Assembly: GCA_963754945.1 (NCBI GenBank)
Contig: CAVWIG010000021.1
Span: 32,001-96,000 of the forward strand
Direction: 5' to 3'
Length of the DNA: 64,000 nucleotides
Source: Methanotrichaceae archaeon
GTDB lineage: Archaea > Halobacteriota > Methanosarcinia > Methanotrichales > Methanotrichaceae
A program made the translations under genes and the position numbers. Within the stretch, counting starts at the first letter, position 1; the number at the start of each line of letters is the position of its first letter. Below the pieces are notes generated by a model. That model made no database searches, had not been told where the DNA came from, and saw only the letters and a program-made list of their open reading frames with translations. Below are positions 30,284 through 40,423 of this stretch, one piece after another.

Positions 30284-31473
30284 ACGTGCAGCCGCCTCAT
30301 TCCTGCCTCCATCATTCCGAGGAACTCTGCACCGACGGCCACTACGCTATTGGTGAAGATTGATGCGTTGATCTCGAAGATAGGGTACCTGAACTTAGTG
30401 TAATCCGACATCAGCCAGGTCGTTGAGCTGGTGTCGCCGCAGAACAGTCCTGAGTACTCAGGCTTAACAGGCACGAAAACGATATCGTCAGTACGTCCGT
30501 GCTTTCTCATCAAAGACACGAGCCGAGAGGATCGGTTCGCGGTAATGGGCATGACATCCGCTCCCTTGCTCAATGCGTGCGCGGCACCCTCCAGGGCCTC
30601 GTAGGTGTTCCCGATTCCGCTTATGGGGAGGTACACGTCCCCTATCTGGAAGGACGGGGTGTTGAAGTCTCTCTCCCAGTAGCTTATCTTGTTCAGGTGA
30701 GTGAACCTCATCTCGAAGGCACGGGCCACTAGGCCGGACCGGCCCACGCCCCCGATGACATATCTGCCGCTTCGCGGAAGAAGACGGTTGAACCAGTGCT
30801 CCAGGCTGTCTGGGTCCATGTCGACTATGAGCCTAGCGTTCTCTTCGAAGTCCTTTATGGTGGAGCGGTATTCGGGGCAGGAAACATCACACACGCCTTT
30901 TAACCTCGACTGGATGTCCTTGAAAACGGCGTTGAGGAAGGCCAGCACCTCCAGCTCGAACTCCGTTCCCAGGGGGGAGAGCCTGGATCTGGTCTCTTTG
31001 TCTGTGCTGTACTTTGTCCTGGCCTTGAAAACGAGGACTGAGCCCTTATCGTATTCTTTCACCAGCTTGTAGGCTGTGCCCTGCTCGTTTGCTGTTATCA
31101 GCTTGATCTCCCCTCCGTGGGCGATCACATCCTCTATGTACTTGTTGACCGATGAGGTCTCTCCCGATCCTGAAATGGCCAGCCCCAGGTTCTTGGCGCC
31201 CTTCCTGTAGTGCCTCTGAACTGGATCCTCTAGGGTGAAGGGGAAGACGTTGTCGAAGTGGTTCTGTATGAGCTGGAGGAAGCTGTACAGGGATAGGGCG
31301 CTCCTGCCAGCAGCCAGCCCGTACACGAACTTGTTCTCTGGTGTTGGGTTCAAAAAAGACACCATGGAGTCAGAGAAGGCTGCAACATCCGCCATGTCCA
31401 GATCGAGCAGCTTCTTCAAGAACTCGCACTGAAGGACTGTTGCTTCGCGAAAAGTCTCAATCAAGCCTGACAT
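30280..31473 (-). CDS. Tandem SIS-domain protein (6-phospho-3-hexuloisomerase-like, internally duplicated)
   Basis: Two units: AAGRS...ISGSGET...PLGTEFE and GVGRSG...MRFTHL...ISGIGNT...ITAN...FE. Confidence 0.72.
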   Translation of the reverse strand: MSGLIETFREATVLQCEFLKKLLDLDMADVAAFSDSMVSFLNPTPENKFVYGLAAGRSALSLYSFLQLIQNHFDNVFPFTLEDPVQRHYRKGAKNLGLAISGSGETSSVNKYIEDVIAHGGEIKLITANEQGTAYKLVKEYDKGSVLVFKARTKYSTDKETRSRLSPLGTEFELEVLAFLNAVFKDIQSRLKGVCDVSCPEYRSTIKDFEENARLIVDMDPDSLEHWFNRLLPRSGRYVIGGVGRSGLVARAFEMRFTHLNKISYWERDFNTPSFQIGDVYLPISGIGNTYEALEGAAHALSKGADVMPITANRSSRLVSLMRKHGRTDDIVFVPVKPEYSGLFCGDTSSTTWLMSDYTKFRYPIFEINASIFTNSVVAVGAEFLGMMEAGMRRLHV

Positions 31474-31516
31474 ACGAGTCAGACTACGCCGTCATCGGAT
31501 AAGCCTTTCTAGTTCT

Positions 31517-32587
31517 CTAGCTTATGACCTCTGATAGTGTATTCGTCTCCCTGGCCAGTTTTATCTCCTGGGCAATGCGTTTGCCGTTGGAGAGGTTGCG
31601 CTCGACCAGATCAGAGTAAGGCGAGCCGCTGACGAATAGGTTGGTGCCTGCGACGATCCTGGCCGATATCTCGAAGACCTTGAACTCCAGCTCGTCTGTG
31701 ACGATAGTCTCCAGGCTAAAGGGACCGATCATCCCTCCGAAAAGCTCGATGGACGTTTCGACCACCCGTTCGCCAAGCTCGAAGACCTTTGGAAGCAGTG
31801 ACTCCCTGAGCACCAGGGGCAGGTTGCCGGTGACAACGAAGCTGGGATAGATCCCTGCCTCGGCCAGCTCGTTCATGGACCCGATCCGAAAGATCTCGTC
31901 GGCGTTCGACTCGACTCTTCTGTCGATGCCTAACATGTCCAGGGTCCCTTTCTTTAGCTTGTATCCTTCTGTCTTTACGGGGGAATAGAAGAAATGAATG
32001 TAGTACCTGGTGCCGAGGATGAACTCCTGGATCGCGTACTTTGCCTGAGAGCTCATCTTGGCCTTGAACTCGTCCTTGTTCTTGGCTATGAAGAAGCCCC
32101 GGCCGCCTTTGGCCCCGTGGTACTTGACTATAACAGGCCGGTCTATGTCCTCCGCCCTCTCAAAACGCATGGGTATGTTGACCCCGGCCTTGAGCAACCA
32201 CTCTCTCTCCATCTCCCGGTCGCTCTCCCAGGCTAAAACCCGGCGGTTGCCGAAAGTTGGGACTGCCAGGGACTCGAACTTGTCTATGCCCAGGTATTCT
32301 ACCAGAGAACCGTGCGGGATGATTATGGCGTTATCCTCCACAAGATCATCGCTGTGGTCCAGTAAGGCCTTGTAGCTGTCCAGGCGGACGAACTTGTCCG
32401 GCTTGGCCAGGGGAAAGGCGTCGTAGAACTTGGGTGGCTGGCCGATGCAGATGCCGATGGTCTTGAACCCCTCCTGTCGGGCGCCGTGAAATATCTGCAG
32501 GCTGCTGTGGGAGCAGATGGTGGCTATGGTAAGATCTCTCTTGTCGTATCCGTCCAGAATCTCTAAAATATCTTCCTTCGGAATCAT
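31517..32587 (-). CDS. purP: FAICAR synthetase PurP family
   Basis: SHSSLQI, IPHGS, GAKGGRG, VVTGN, FEISARIVAGTN. Confidence 0.92.
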   Translation of the reverse strand: MIPKEDILEILDGYDKRDLTIATICSHSSLQIFHGARQEGFKTIGICIGQPPKFYDAFPLAKPDKFVRLDSYKALLDHSDDLVEDNAIIIPHGSLVEYLGIDKFESLAVPTFGNRRVLAWESDREMEREWLLKAGVNIPMRFERAEDIDRPVIVKYHGAKGGRGFFIAKNKDEFKAKMSSQAKYAIQEFILGTRYYIHFFYSPVKTEGYKLKKGTLDMLGIDRRVESNADEIFRIGSMNELAEAGIYPSFVVTGNLPLVLRESLLPKVFELGERVVETSIELFGGMIGPFSLETIVTDELEFKVFEISARIVAGTNLFVSGSPYSDLVERNLSNGKRIAQEIKLARETNTLSEVIS

Positions 32588-32696
32588 GTAGATAACCCTT
32601 GAAAGCGTGACCTTTGAAACTGCTAGGTTGGGATACAGGTAGATATACCTTCCTCAAGATCGATCAGCTTAAAGCTTACAACGGGGATTGGATGTC

Positions 32697-33233
32697 ATGA
32701 AGTCCTCCTTCAAGAGAGATACTAAAGAGACCAAGATCTCAGTAACCTTGGAGACCGACGGCTCAGGGTCGAACGAAGTCGCCACAGGGATCGAGCTTCT
32801 GGACGAGATTCTGGTTGTATTAGCAAAATCATCCGGGTTCGATTTGACTATAAAAGCTAAAGGCGACCTTGAGACAGGAGACCACCACACGACAGAGGAC
32901 GTTGGCATTGCTCTAGGCAGTGTTCTTGGTAAGCTGATTCAGAATGGAATAGGCAGCTCCATGGTGCCTTCTGGAGAGTGCCTGGCTCTTGCAGCAGTTC
33001 GTTTCGGCGAGCCCGGATACTCCGGAGACTTCGAATTCCAGGCCCGGGAAATGGGCAGCATGGCCCTCGAGAACTTCAGCCACTTCGCCAGGTCCGTCGC
33101 CTACAACGGTCGCTTTACCCTTCACCTGAACGCAAAGGGCGGCGACGATCATCAGAAGATCGATTCTCTGACGGTTGCGCTAGGCAGGGCCTTGAGAAGA
33201 GCCGCAGCCGATGGCGTACAGGAAACAAGATGA
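32697..33233 (+). CDS. Degenerate imidazoleglycerol-phosphate dehydratase (HisB)-like protein
   Basis: RDTKET, GDL, HHTTEDVGIALG and TLH present; several catalytic motifs altered. Confidence 0.7.
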   Translation: MKSSFKRDTKETKISVTLETDGSGSNEVATGIELLDEILVVLAKSSGFDLTIKAKGDLETGDHHTTEDVGIALGSVLGKLIQNGIGSSMVPSGECLALAAVRFGEPGYSGDFEFQAREMGSMALENFSHFARSVAYNGRFTLHLNAKGGDDHQKIDSLTVALGRALRRAAADGVQETR

Positions 33234-33256
33234 ATTAAGCTGCAATATCTCTTTGG

Positions 33257-34786
33257 CTATGTCGCCATCAGCGACTTCCCGGTCATGGCCCTCGGCACAG
33301 GAATGCCCATGAGCTCCAATATAGTAGGAGCCACATCGGCCAGGACGCCGCCTTCTCTGAGCTTGTGCACCTTCCCATCATCCAGGATCAGAACAAAGGG
33401 CACTGGATTGGTTGTGTGAGCAGTGTGTGGCTGGCCGGTATCCAGGTCTATCATCTTCTCGGCATTGCCGTGGTCCGCGATCAGCAGAACAGCTCCGCCT
33501 TGAGCCAGAATCCCTTCCACAACCCGGCCCACACAGGTATCAATTGTCTCCACCGCTTTCACAGCCGCTTCGAAGATGCCGGTGTGACCTACCATGTCCG
33601 GGTTGGCGAAGTTCAGGATTATTAGGTGGTAGTTGCCCGAGCGGATTCTCTCTACGACTGCATTGGTGACCAGGTAGGCGCTCATCTCTGGCTGGAGATC
33701 GTAGGTCGCAACCTTGGGCGAGGGTATCAGAACCCTGTCCTCGCCGGGGTTGGGCCTCTCCTTGCCTCCGTTGAAGAAATAGGTCACGTGGGCGTACTTC
33801 TCAGTCTCTGCGATTCGAAGCTGCTTATGGCCTGATCGGCTTATTATTTCTCCAAGGGTATCGTCCAGGTTCTGAGGAGCATAGGCCACGGGGGCATTTA
33901 TGGTGGCATCGTACTGGGTCATGCAGACGAAGTTAACTCTGATGTTAGCCCGCTCAAACTCTCTGAAGTCGGGGTCCACAAAGGCCCGCGTGATCTCCCT
34001 GGCCCTGTCGGGACGGAAGTTGAAGAAGATGATGCAGTCCCCGTCCTCGATGAGCCCGTGCTGATCAACGATGGTTGGCTTGAGAAATTCATCGCTTTCG
34101 TCTCGGTTGTAGCTATCGGTAACCGCCTGCTCAGGCGTCCCGGCTCGGTAGCCTTTGCCTTCCGTCATGGCGCGGTATCCCTGCTCCACCCTATCCCAGC
34201 GCTTGTCTCTGTCCATTGTGTAGTAGCGGCCGGCAACTGTCGCCACCTTGCCGATTCCGATCGTTCTCATCTTGGAATCTAGCTCCTGGAAATAAGTAAG
34301 AGCGCTCTTTGGAGGGACATCTCTTCCATCAAGCACAGCATGGATATAGACGTCTTTTAATCCCCTCTCCTTTGCCATCTCAAGAAGCGCGTAGAGATGA
34401 GTGTTGTGGCTGTGGACCCCGCCATCCGAGAGGAGTCCAAGAAAGTGTTGCTTCTTGCCATTTAATGTGGCCTTATCCATGACCTCTATTAAAACAGGAT
34501 TCTCCCTCAGCCTGTTTTCTTCCACAGCTAAGCTTATTCTGGTGTAATCCTGATAAACTACTCTGCCCGCCCCTAAATTCAGGTGGCCAACCTCGGAGTT
34601 GCCCATCTGCCCTTTGGGCAGTCCAACCGCAAGGCCTGAAGCGGCGATGGTTGTGTTGGGATATTTCCGCATCAACGTATCTATGTTGGGCTTCCTCGCG
34701 CCAGCTACTGCATTTCCCTTTTTTTCGGTGCTTATTCCATAACCGTCCATTATTACGAGAGCTAAAGGCTTTAGGCTGGAATTCAT
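33257..34786 (-). CDS. gpmI: 2,3-bisphosphoglycerate-independent phosphoglycerate mutase (bacterial-type)
   Basis: MGNSEVGH, SDGGVHSH, DGRD, NFRPDR, ETEKYAHVT, DMVGHTG, ADHGN. Confidence 0.96.
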   Translation of the reverse strand: MNSSLKPLALVIMDGYGISTEKKGNAVAGARKPNIDTLMRKYPNTTIAASGLAVGLPKGQMGNSEVGHLNLGAGRVVYQDYTRISLAVEENRLRENPVLIEVMDKATLNGKKQHFLGLLSDGGVHSHNTHLYALLEMAKERGLKDVYIHAVLDGRDVPPKSALTYFQELDSKMRTIGIGKVATVAGRYYTMDRDKRWDRVEQGYRAMTEGKGYRAGTPEQAVTDSYNRDESDEFLKPTIVDQHGLIEDGDCIIFFNFRPDRAREITRAFVDPDFREFERANIRVNFVCMTQYDATINAPVAYAPQNLDDTLGEIISRSGHKQLRIAETEKYAHVTYFFNGGKERPNPGEDRVLIPSPKVATYDLQPEMSAYLVTNAVVERIRSGNYHLIILNFANPDMVGHTGIFEAAVKAVETIDTCVGRVVEGILAQGGAVLLIADHGNAEKMIDLDTGQPHTAHTTNPVPFVLILDDGKVHKLREGGVLADVAPTILELMGIPVPRAMTGKSLMAT

Positions 34787-34909
34787 CGAAGACACAGCGA
34801 ACAGGTAATCAGGCAAAATATATAGGCCTGCTCCCAAGAAGATACAAAAACGACATGACTGGCCAAGAGTCGCTCATTCTGTACTGAAAGCTTTGAAACT
34901 AGACCGAAA

Positions 34910-35563
34910 CTAGAGACTGAATTTGCGCTCTTTGAAGCCGTGCTCTCCGATTAGAGGGACAAAGACTACACCCATCTTCTCCTCGACTGCGAAACCGTTC
35001 TTCCTGGTCACCAACAGAAGCTCCTGGTAACCAACTCCAACCGGGATGACCAGCTTTCCTCCTACTTTTAGCTGGTCCTTGAGAGGTTCAGGGACGGCAG
35101 GGGCAGTAGCAGCAACGCTGATCCTGTCATAGGGCGCATGCTCTGGAAGCCCATTGCTACCATCTCCCTCGACCACTGTCACATTCAGTATGCCTGCCCT
35201 CTTGAGGGCCTCTCTAGCTCGACTCACAAGCTCTGGTACCCGTTCCACCGAATATACATGGCCTTCCGGTCCGATTATTTCAGCCATAACTGCTGCGTGA
35301 TAGCCGCTTCCGCCACCTACCTCCAGGACATTCATGCCCTTCTGCAGGTCCAGGATGTCGCACATTATTGCCACCATGTGGGGAGCGGAGATTGTCTGGC
35401 CCTGACCGATGGGCAGGGGAGTGTCATCGTAGGCTCGAGATCTGATCTCCTCCGGCACGAAAATCTCTCTGGGGACTCTGGTCATGGCCTGAAGAACCTT
35501 GTCTCCTATCCGGCCACTCATGGACTCCAGCAGCACCTCTCGACTCAAAGCTCTCGACCCCAC
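34910..35563 (-). CDS. pcm: Protein-L-isoaspartate O-methyltransferase
   Basis: [36 protein letters not shown]. Confidence 0.95.
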   Translation of the reverse strand: MGSRALSREVLLESMSGRIGDKVLQAMTRVPREIFVPEEIRSRAYDDTPLPIGQGQTISAPHMVAIMCDILDLQKGMNVLEVGGGSGYHAAVMAEIIGPEGHVYSVERVPELVSRAREALKRAGILNVTVVEGDGSNGLPEHAPYDRISVAATAPAVPEPLKDQLKVGGKLVIPVGVGYQELLLVTRKNGFAVEEKMGVVFVPLIGEHGFKERKFSL

Positions 35564-36108
35564 AACCGGACGATGTCTTTCGCCTCCGCTCTGTCGGAAA
35601 ACCCCTCACCACGCAGCTTGATCTTTACCACTTGGAAACGGATGCCATCTATCTCAAGAACCTCTCCTCGCTCGAATACGTCTTTACCAGATGCTTGAGT
35701 GCTCAAAGGACGGGTCACGCCATTATTGTAAACGGAAACCTTGAGGGTCACGTTGTCGATGGCCCTGGCCCAAATGGTCTTGATCGATTCAGCAGGTGCT
35801 GTCTCCACTCGGCGATCGGTCTCCAAAGAAGTGATCTCCGTCAAGACGACGTCCTTGGCCCGGTCGTCTACTAGCAGCTCTCCGCCTACTCTAAGTTCCT
35901 CCTGGGCAGGAAGGTTTACGTTGTACGATTGGGCAGTCCCATCTCTATTAACGATAACCCTGACATTCGCCAGACGCTCTCGCTCCTTCTGGATGAGGTG
36001 AGTTGTTCCGCAATCTGCACACTTCATCAAGTTTTCTCGCCCGGACTTGACAACGACATGTTCAGTATCTTCGTCACACGCTGGACAGAAGATTTGATCT
36101 TGAGGCAT
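35545..36108 (-). CDS. HVO_0476-like Zn-finger protein
   Basis: CPAC...H...CADC N-terminus; ITSLE, TIWAR; typical upstream neighbour of pcm. Confidence 0.75.
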   Translation of the reverse strand: MPQDQIFCPACDEDTEHVVVKSGRENLMKCADCGTTHLIQKERERLANVRVIVNRDGTAQSYNVNLPAQEELRVGGELLVDDRAKDVVLTEITSLETDRRVETAPAESIKTIWARAIDNVTLKVSVYNNGVTRPLSTQASGKDVFERGEVLEIDGIRFQVVKIKLRGEGFSDRAEAKDIVRLWGREL

Positions 36109-36157
36109 AGTGGATATTTACCCGGCATGGTATTAAATATGACCGACTGGAGAACTA

Positions 36158-37339
36158 GTGCACCATAACGCAAGTTTTAAATCTTATAAAAGGTCTAGAA
36201 TATAGATCGTGGCAAGAAAAACAAAATTCTGTGTGAAACTGGAAGAGAAAGAACGAGAAGAGTTGAACCAGTACATCCGTCGTGGGAAGTCGTCTGCAAG
36301 GAGTTTAACTCGCGCAAGAATACTGCTCCTGGCCGATGGAGGGCAATCCGATGCGGAGATCATTGATGCATTGAAGGCGAGCAGAACGACAATAGTGAGG
36401 ATAAGAAAGAGATATTTCGAGGGTGGCCTGGAATCTGCATTGAATGAAAGATCTCGCAGTGGAGCGCCTCCGAAGATAGATGCACGAGTTGAGGCTAAAC
36501 TGACCGGCATTGCTTGCTCAGATCCGCCTGAAGGCAGATCGAGATGGACGCTGAATCTATTGGCCGACAAGCTTGTTGAGCTGGGGGAAGTGGACTCGAT
36601 CTCAGGAATGAGCGTTTGCAGAGCGTTAAAAAAAATGAAATAAAGCCATGGCTCAAACAGCGATGGTGCATAGGGAGCATGACGAGCGAATATATCTGGA
36701 ACATGGAAAATGTATTAACTCTGTACGAGCAACCATATGATCCGAGGCATCCTGTGGTTTGTTTCGACGAGAGGCCATGCCAACTGATAGGCGATGTCTT
36801 AGTGCCTATACCCATGAAACCAGGCAGTCCGAAGAAGGTGCATTATGAATACGTCCGTAACGGGACATGTTGCATCCTTATTGCTTTTGATCTTCATGCA
36901 GGAAAAAGAATGATTCGTGTCATGGAGCACAGGACAAGGGTGGACTACGCCCATTTCATGAAAGAACTTACCCAGCAATATCCAGGTGTAGAATCCATTC
37001 GATTGGTCCAGGATAATCTCAATACGCATACTTCAGGCTCATTTTATAATGCTTTTGCGCCTGAAGAGGCGTTTGAGCTGGCTAAGGAGTTCGAATATTA
37101 TTATACGCCAAAGAAAGGTAGCTGGCTCAACATGGCTGAGATAGAACTCTCAGCCCTATCGAAGCAATGCCTCGATCGTCGGATTGGAGACATCGATACT
37201 TTAACCAAAGAGGCTTCGGTGTGGGCACAAGAACGTAACGCAAAAAAAACTACTGTAAGATGGAAATTCACGAAGAATGATGCAAGATTAAAGCTAAACA
37301 GGCATTATATTAATTTGCAAAATTAATGTTATGGTGCAC
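36158..37339 (+). mobile_element. IS630-family element
   Basis: TIRs GTGCACCATAAC / GTTATGGTGCAC, each flanked by TA (CTAG context). Confidence 0.92.
36209..37326 (+). CDS. IS630 transposase in two ORFs (36209..36643 HTH; 36616..37326 DDE) joined by a -1 frameshift
   Basis: RARILLL, PPEGRSRWTL; FDERP, QDNLNTH, SWLNMAEIE; A8 tract at ~36628-36635. Confidence 0.9.
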
Positions 37340-37506
37340 TAGCAAACAGCCAGAATGACTTAAGCATTAACTCAGGAGTTACGCCAATATATTATGTCAT
37401 GATTCATATCATAATCATATAATTTTTTTGAGCTATCATTTTTCATAAATCCGAGGAAAAATTTTTAAACAAGTAGGTGATATATATCAGAATTGGAGGA
37501 CTTGGT

Positions 37507-37677
37507 ATGAAGAAGGTGGCTTTTTCTCAGGATGAGGAGTGCTGGAGCATAGCTGAGAGCATGATTGAGGAGATAGAGTTGATAAAAGGCAGGGAGATCG
37601 GAAGGTTATCTACGGATGGTAAGGTCAAATGTAGTTTCAAGTGGTTGCTCATGAGGGGTGTAAAGATGTCAAAGTAA
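37507..37677 (+). CDS. Small hypothetical protein
   Basis: GGAGG RBS and TATA-like TTTAAA upstream; 56 aa. Confidence 0.4.
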   Translation: MKKVAFSQDEECWSIAESMIEEIELIKGREIGRLSTDGKVKCSFKWLLMRGVKMSK

Positions 37678-37886
37678 AGAAATAGTGGCAGACCACAGCT
37701 TAACAAATATTCCAAATATTCCCCACAAACTTTTAAAATTAGTTTCTGATGATTGAACGCACTAGCTTATACAAATTATTAACATATTCAGCCACTTGAA
37801 TCCCCGTCTGAAGAAATTTAATGGCATATATAAAAATTTTTTATCATCAATTAGCATATGCGGAAACATATCCATTGATAACTATT

Positions 37887-39297
37887 CTGTACTTTCCAAC
37901 TTTTTCGTATATTTATAATATCATCAGATTAAATTAGAATATAAATTTAATAAAAAAAAATAAAAAGTAAGGGTTTTATACTAGGATCAAATTCTCTCTT
38001 TTGGGAGTAGAATGATCAAAATAATAAAGGTACCATTACAATTAGAGCCGTTCTTGAATGAATTTCAGGATCTTTTTACGAAACCGAGTTATGGATCGTT
38101 TCGAGATTTGTGTGGAGCGTTAAGCGTGTGTGATAAATCCAAGACCGTTTCCAACCTTTGTGATACTATGGCCGAATGTAGGAAAGGAAAAAAAGCACGC
38201 TCTTCGTACAATTGGTTCTTTAGCGATGCGAATTGGGACGAGGATGAAGTTGCTCAACGCAAAGTGGACCTTTTTATTGAGAAATTATGTTTAAAAGAAA
38301 ATGATAGAATGTTGTTAATAATTGATGACACATACAATGAGAAGGAAGGAACTCAAACGGAAGGTGTAGGAAAATTTTATGATCATAGTAAAGAAACCTA
38401 CATTTGGGGTAACAATTTTGTTACCTCTGTTATCCAATCCAAAGGATTATTCATACCACATAAAGCTAAGATGTATATCAAGAATGATGACGAAAATGAG
38501 AATTTTAGAACAAAAATGGAGATTGCCTTGGACGAGATCATTGAACCATTAGAAGTACCAAAAAGCATGGACCTTTATATCGTTTTCGATAGCTGGTGGT
38601 TTTCTTCTGATCTCTTTAACAAGTGTCTCAAATTAGGGCATAATATAGTCTGCCAAATCAAATCTGATAAGAAAATCAGGATAAATAAGGACATGTGTTT
38701 TCAGGTTAGAGACTTAGCAAACCAAATTGAGGATAAGTATTTTATTAAGACAACTATTAGTGTTCGGGGCAAAAAGAAGACCTACTATGCATTTGAAAAG
38801 AAGGTAGTCATAGACAAGGTAGGCGAAGTTAAACTTGTAGTCTCAAAGAGAAAAAAGGAGAGCACTACAAAATATTTTATAAGCACTAATGAATCGCTTT
38901 CGTCGAAAGAAATACTCTCAATTTACGAGGATAGATGGGATATCGAGACGGCCCACAGAGAGACAAATCAAAAATTAGGATTCAAAGATTACCAATTAAG
39001 AGAAAAACAATCAATTGAAAGATTTATTCAGCTAGTCTTCTCAGTATGGACTGCGATTCTCTTATGGGAAATAGACAATCCGCCATCTGGGGACGGTTCA
39101 AATCCAAGAACTATGGGCGACATGATCGACCTAGTAAAAATGCAAACATTAGGTGAAACATTTGAATATGTGCTGATGTATTTTAATATACCCGTACCGG
39201 AAGGCGGATTGCTTTATATACTCAGAAGCATGGGATTGAAAATATAATTTGATATAATTTAGAAAATATAAATAAAGGAGAAACTTGGAAAGTACAG
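37887..39297 (+). mobile_element. IS701-family element
   Basis: TIRs CTGTACTTTCCAA / TTGGAAAGTACAG; direct repeat AACTATT on both flanks; AT-rich. Confidence 0.9.
38012..39247 (+). CDS. IS701-family DDE transposase
   Basis: IIDDT, FDSWW, YEDRWDIETAHRETNQKLG. Confidence 0.88.
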   Translation: MIKIIKVPLQLEPFLNEFQDLFTKPSYGSFRDLCGALSVCDKSKTVSNLCDTMAECRKGKKARSSYNWFFSDANWDEDEVAQRKVDLFIEKLCLKENDRMLLIIDDTYNEKEGTQTEGVGKFYDHSKETYIWGNNFVTSVIQSKGLFIPHKAKMYIKNDDENENFRTKMEIALDEIIEPLEVPKSMDLYIVFDSWWFSSDLFNKCLKLGHNIVCQIKSDKKIRINKDMCFQVRDLANQIEDKYFIKTTISVRGKKKTYYAFEKKVVIDKVGEVKLVVSKRKKESTTKYFISTNESLSSKEILSIYEDRWDIETAHRETNQKLGFKDYQLREKQSIERFIQLVFSVWTAILLWEIDNPPSGDGSNPRTMGDMIDLVKMQTLGETFEYVLMYFNIPVPEGGLLYILRSMGLKI

Positions 39298-39419
39298 AAC
39301 TATTGTTCTTCTCAAAATCAAGCGATAGAATCATCTTGAATTTATTAGATAAAATAGTTATTATGTATTCCTTCAAGAAATAACGAAAACTATAAATACC
39401 TATTTAGTAAGTACTTATT

Positions 39420-40103
39420 GTGGATTCGAAAGGGGACAGTCATTTGACATCGTCGTCCGATCTTGGAAGGGATCTTCAAAAGTTAAATCGCATGCTTCAA
39501 GCGGCACACAGAAGCTCCATCGATATCAAGAACAGTTATGACTTCTATGTTTTGGCCGTCAAAGAGATGAACAAAGACAACATATCGGATGCATATCTGT
39601 ACTGCGATCGATCAAGATACGAGCTAACCAATGCTGTGAATGATGCCAAGGTGAACTTGAAGGGAGTGAGGCTCCACAGCCTTAGATCGATCTCTTTTTT
39701 CTTCAAGCTCTACGGCTTGTACGCAGTGGTCTTCGGAATGCTCTCCACCCTTCTGTTCGGTTTTTTGATCTACCGCTATTCCGAACTCACAATCCTGGAT
39801 GTTCCTCTGTGGGCATCCTTTTTTGCAGGCCTCGGATCATCGGCGCAGATTCTCTCGGGAGTCGTTGACGACCTGCGAAAGGAGGGCGCGGTGATAAGGT
39901 ATAAAAGGGTCTGGTATACGGCTATCCCATTGCTGAGCCTGATATTCGGATACATGGCATACCTGCTATTTAGTTCAGGTCTAGTTGCCTTCAACGTGAA
40001 CTCCCAGAGCAAGATCTTCTCATCCATGTTCGTCTGCTTTCTGACAGGGTTTTCCACAAATTGGCTCATCGATAAGCTGTCAAAGATATCCAATAACCTT
40101 TGA
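39420..40103 (+). CDS. Hypothetical membrane protein (four C-terminal TM segments)
   Basis: Helical N-terminus, hydrophobic C-terminal half; TATAAATA upstream. Confidence 0.6.
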   Translation: MDSKGDSHLTSSSDLGRDLQKLNRMLQAAHRSSIDIKNSYDFYVLAVKEMNKDNISDAYLYCDRSRYELTNAVNDAKVNLKGVRLHSLRSISFFFKLYGLYAVVFGMLSTLLFGFLIYRYSELTILDVPLWASFFAGLGSSAQILSGVVDDLRKEGAVIRYKRVWYTAIPLLSLIFGYMAYLLFSSGLVAFNVNSQSKIFSSMFVCFLTGFSTNWLIDKLSKISNNL

Positions 40104-40228
40104 GGTTTCCGTCAATGACTGATGACTTGAGAGCTAATTTTCACAGTGTTTTTGGATCTCAGACTGCATGTTCATTTATAGCAGACGAAAGACCGCAAAA
40201 TTTATATCGTTGAATGCCGTATCACGGC

Positions 40229-40419
40229 GATTGCCGTAAGATTAAAAGGGTAGGTGAGTGGGGATTGAGTCTACCAAACGATCGATCCGGCTGCCTTGAA
40301 GGGCACGCTGGTCGATCGTTCTTCGGCATCTATCGAATAGACCTCAACTTAGGCTTCGGACACGAACCGATGTCTCAGAGCTAATCCTGAAAGCGCATCG
40401 CACGGAATGCAAGACAATT
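40229..40419 (+). ncRNA. Candidate novel structured RNA (~190 nt), possibly also a 39-codon sORF
   Basis: BRE/TATA (CGCAAAA-TTTATAT) at 40194-40207; nested helices whose G-U pairs work on the plus strand. Confidence 0.5.
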
Positions 40420-40423
40420 GAAT

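Noticed and set aside
40229-40419. SRP RNA, RNase P RNA or H/ACA RNA
   Set aside because: No SRP helix-8 motif or RNase P GAGGAAAGUCC on either strand; the terminal ACA lacks a clear pocket or K-turn hairpin.
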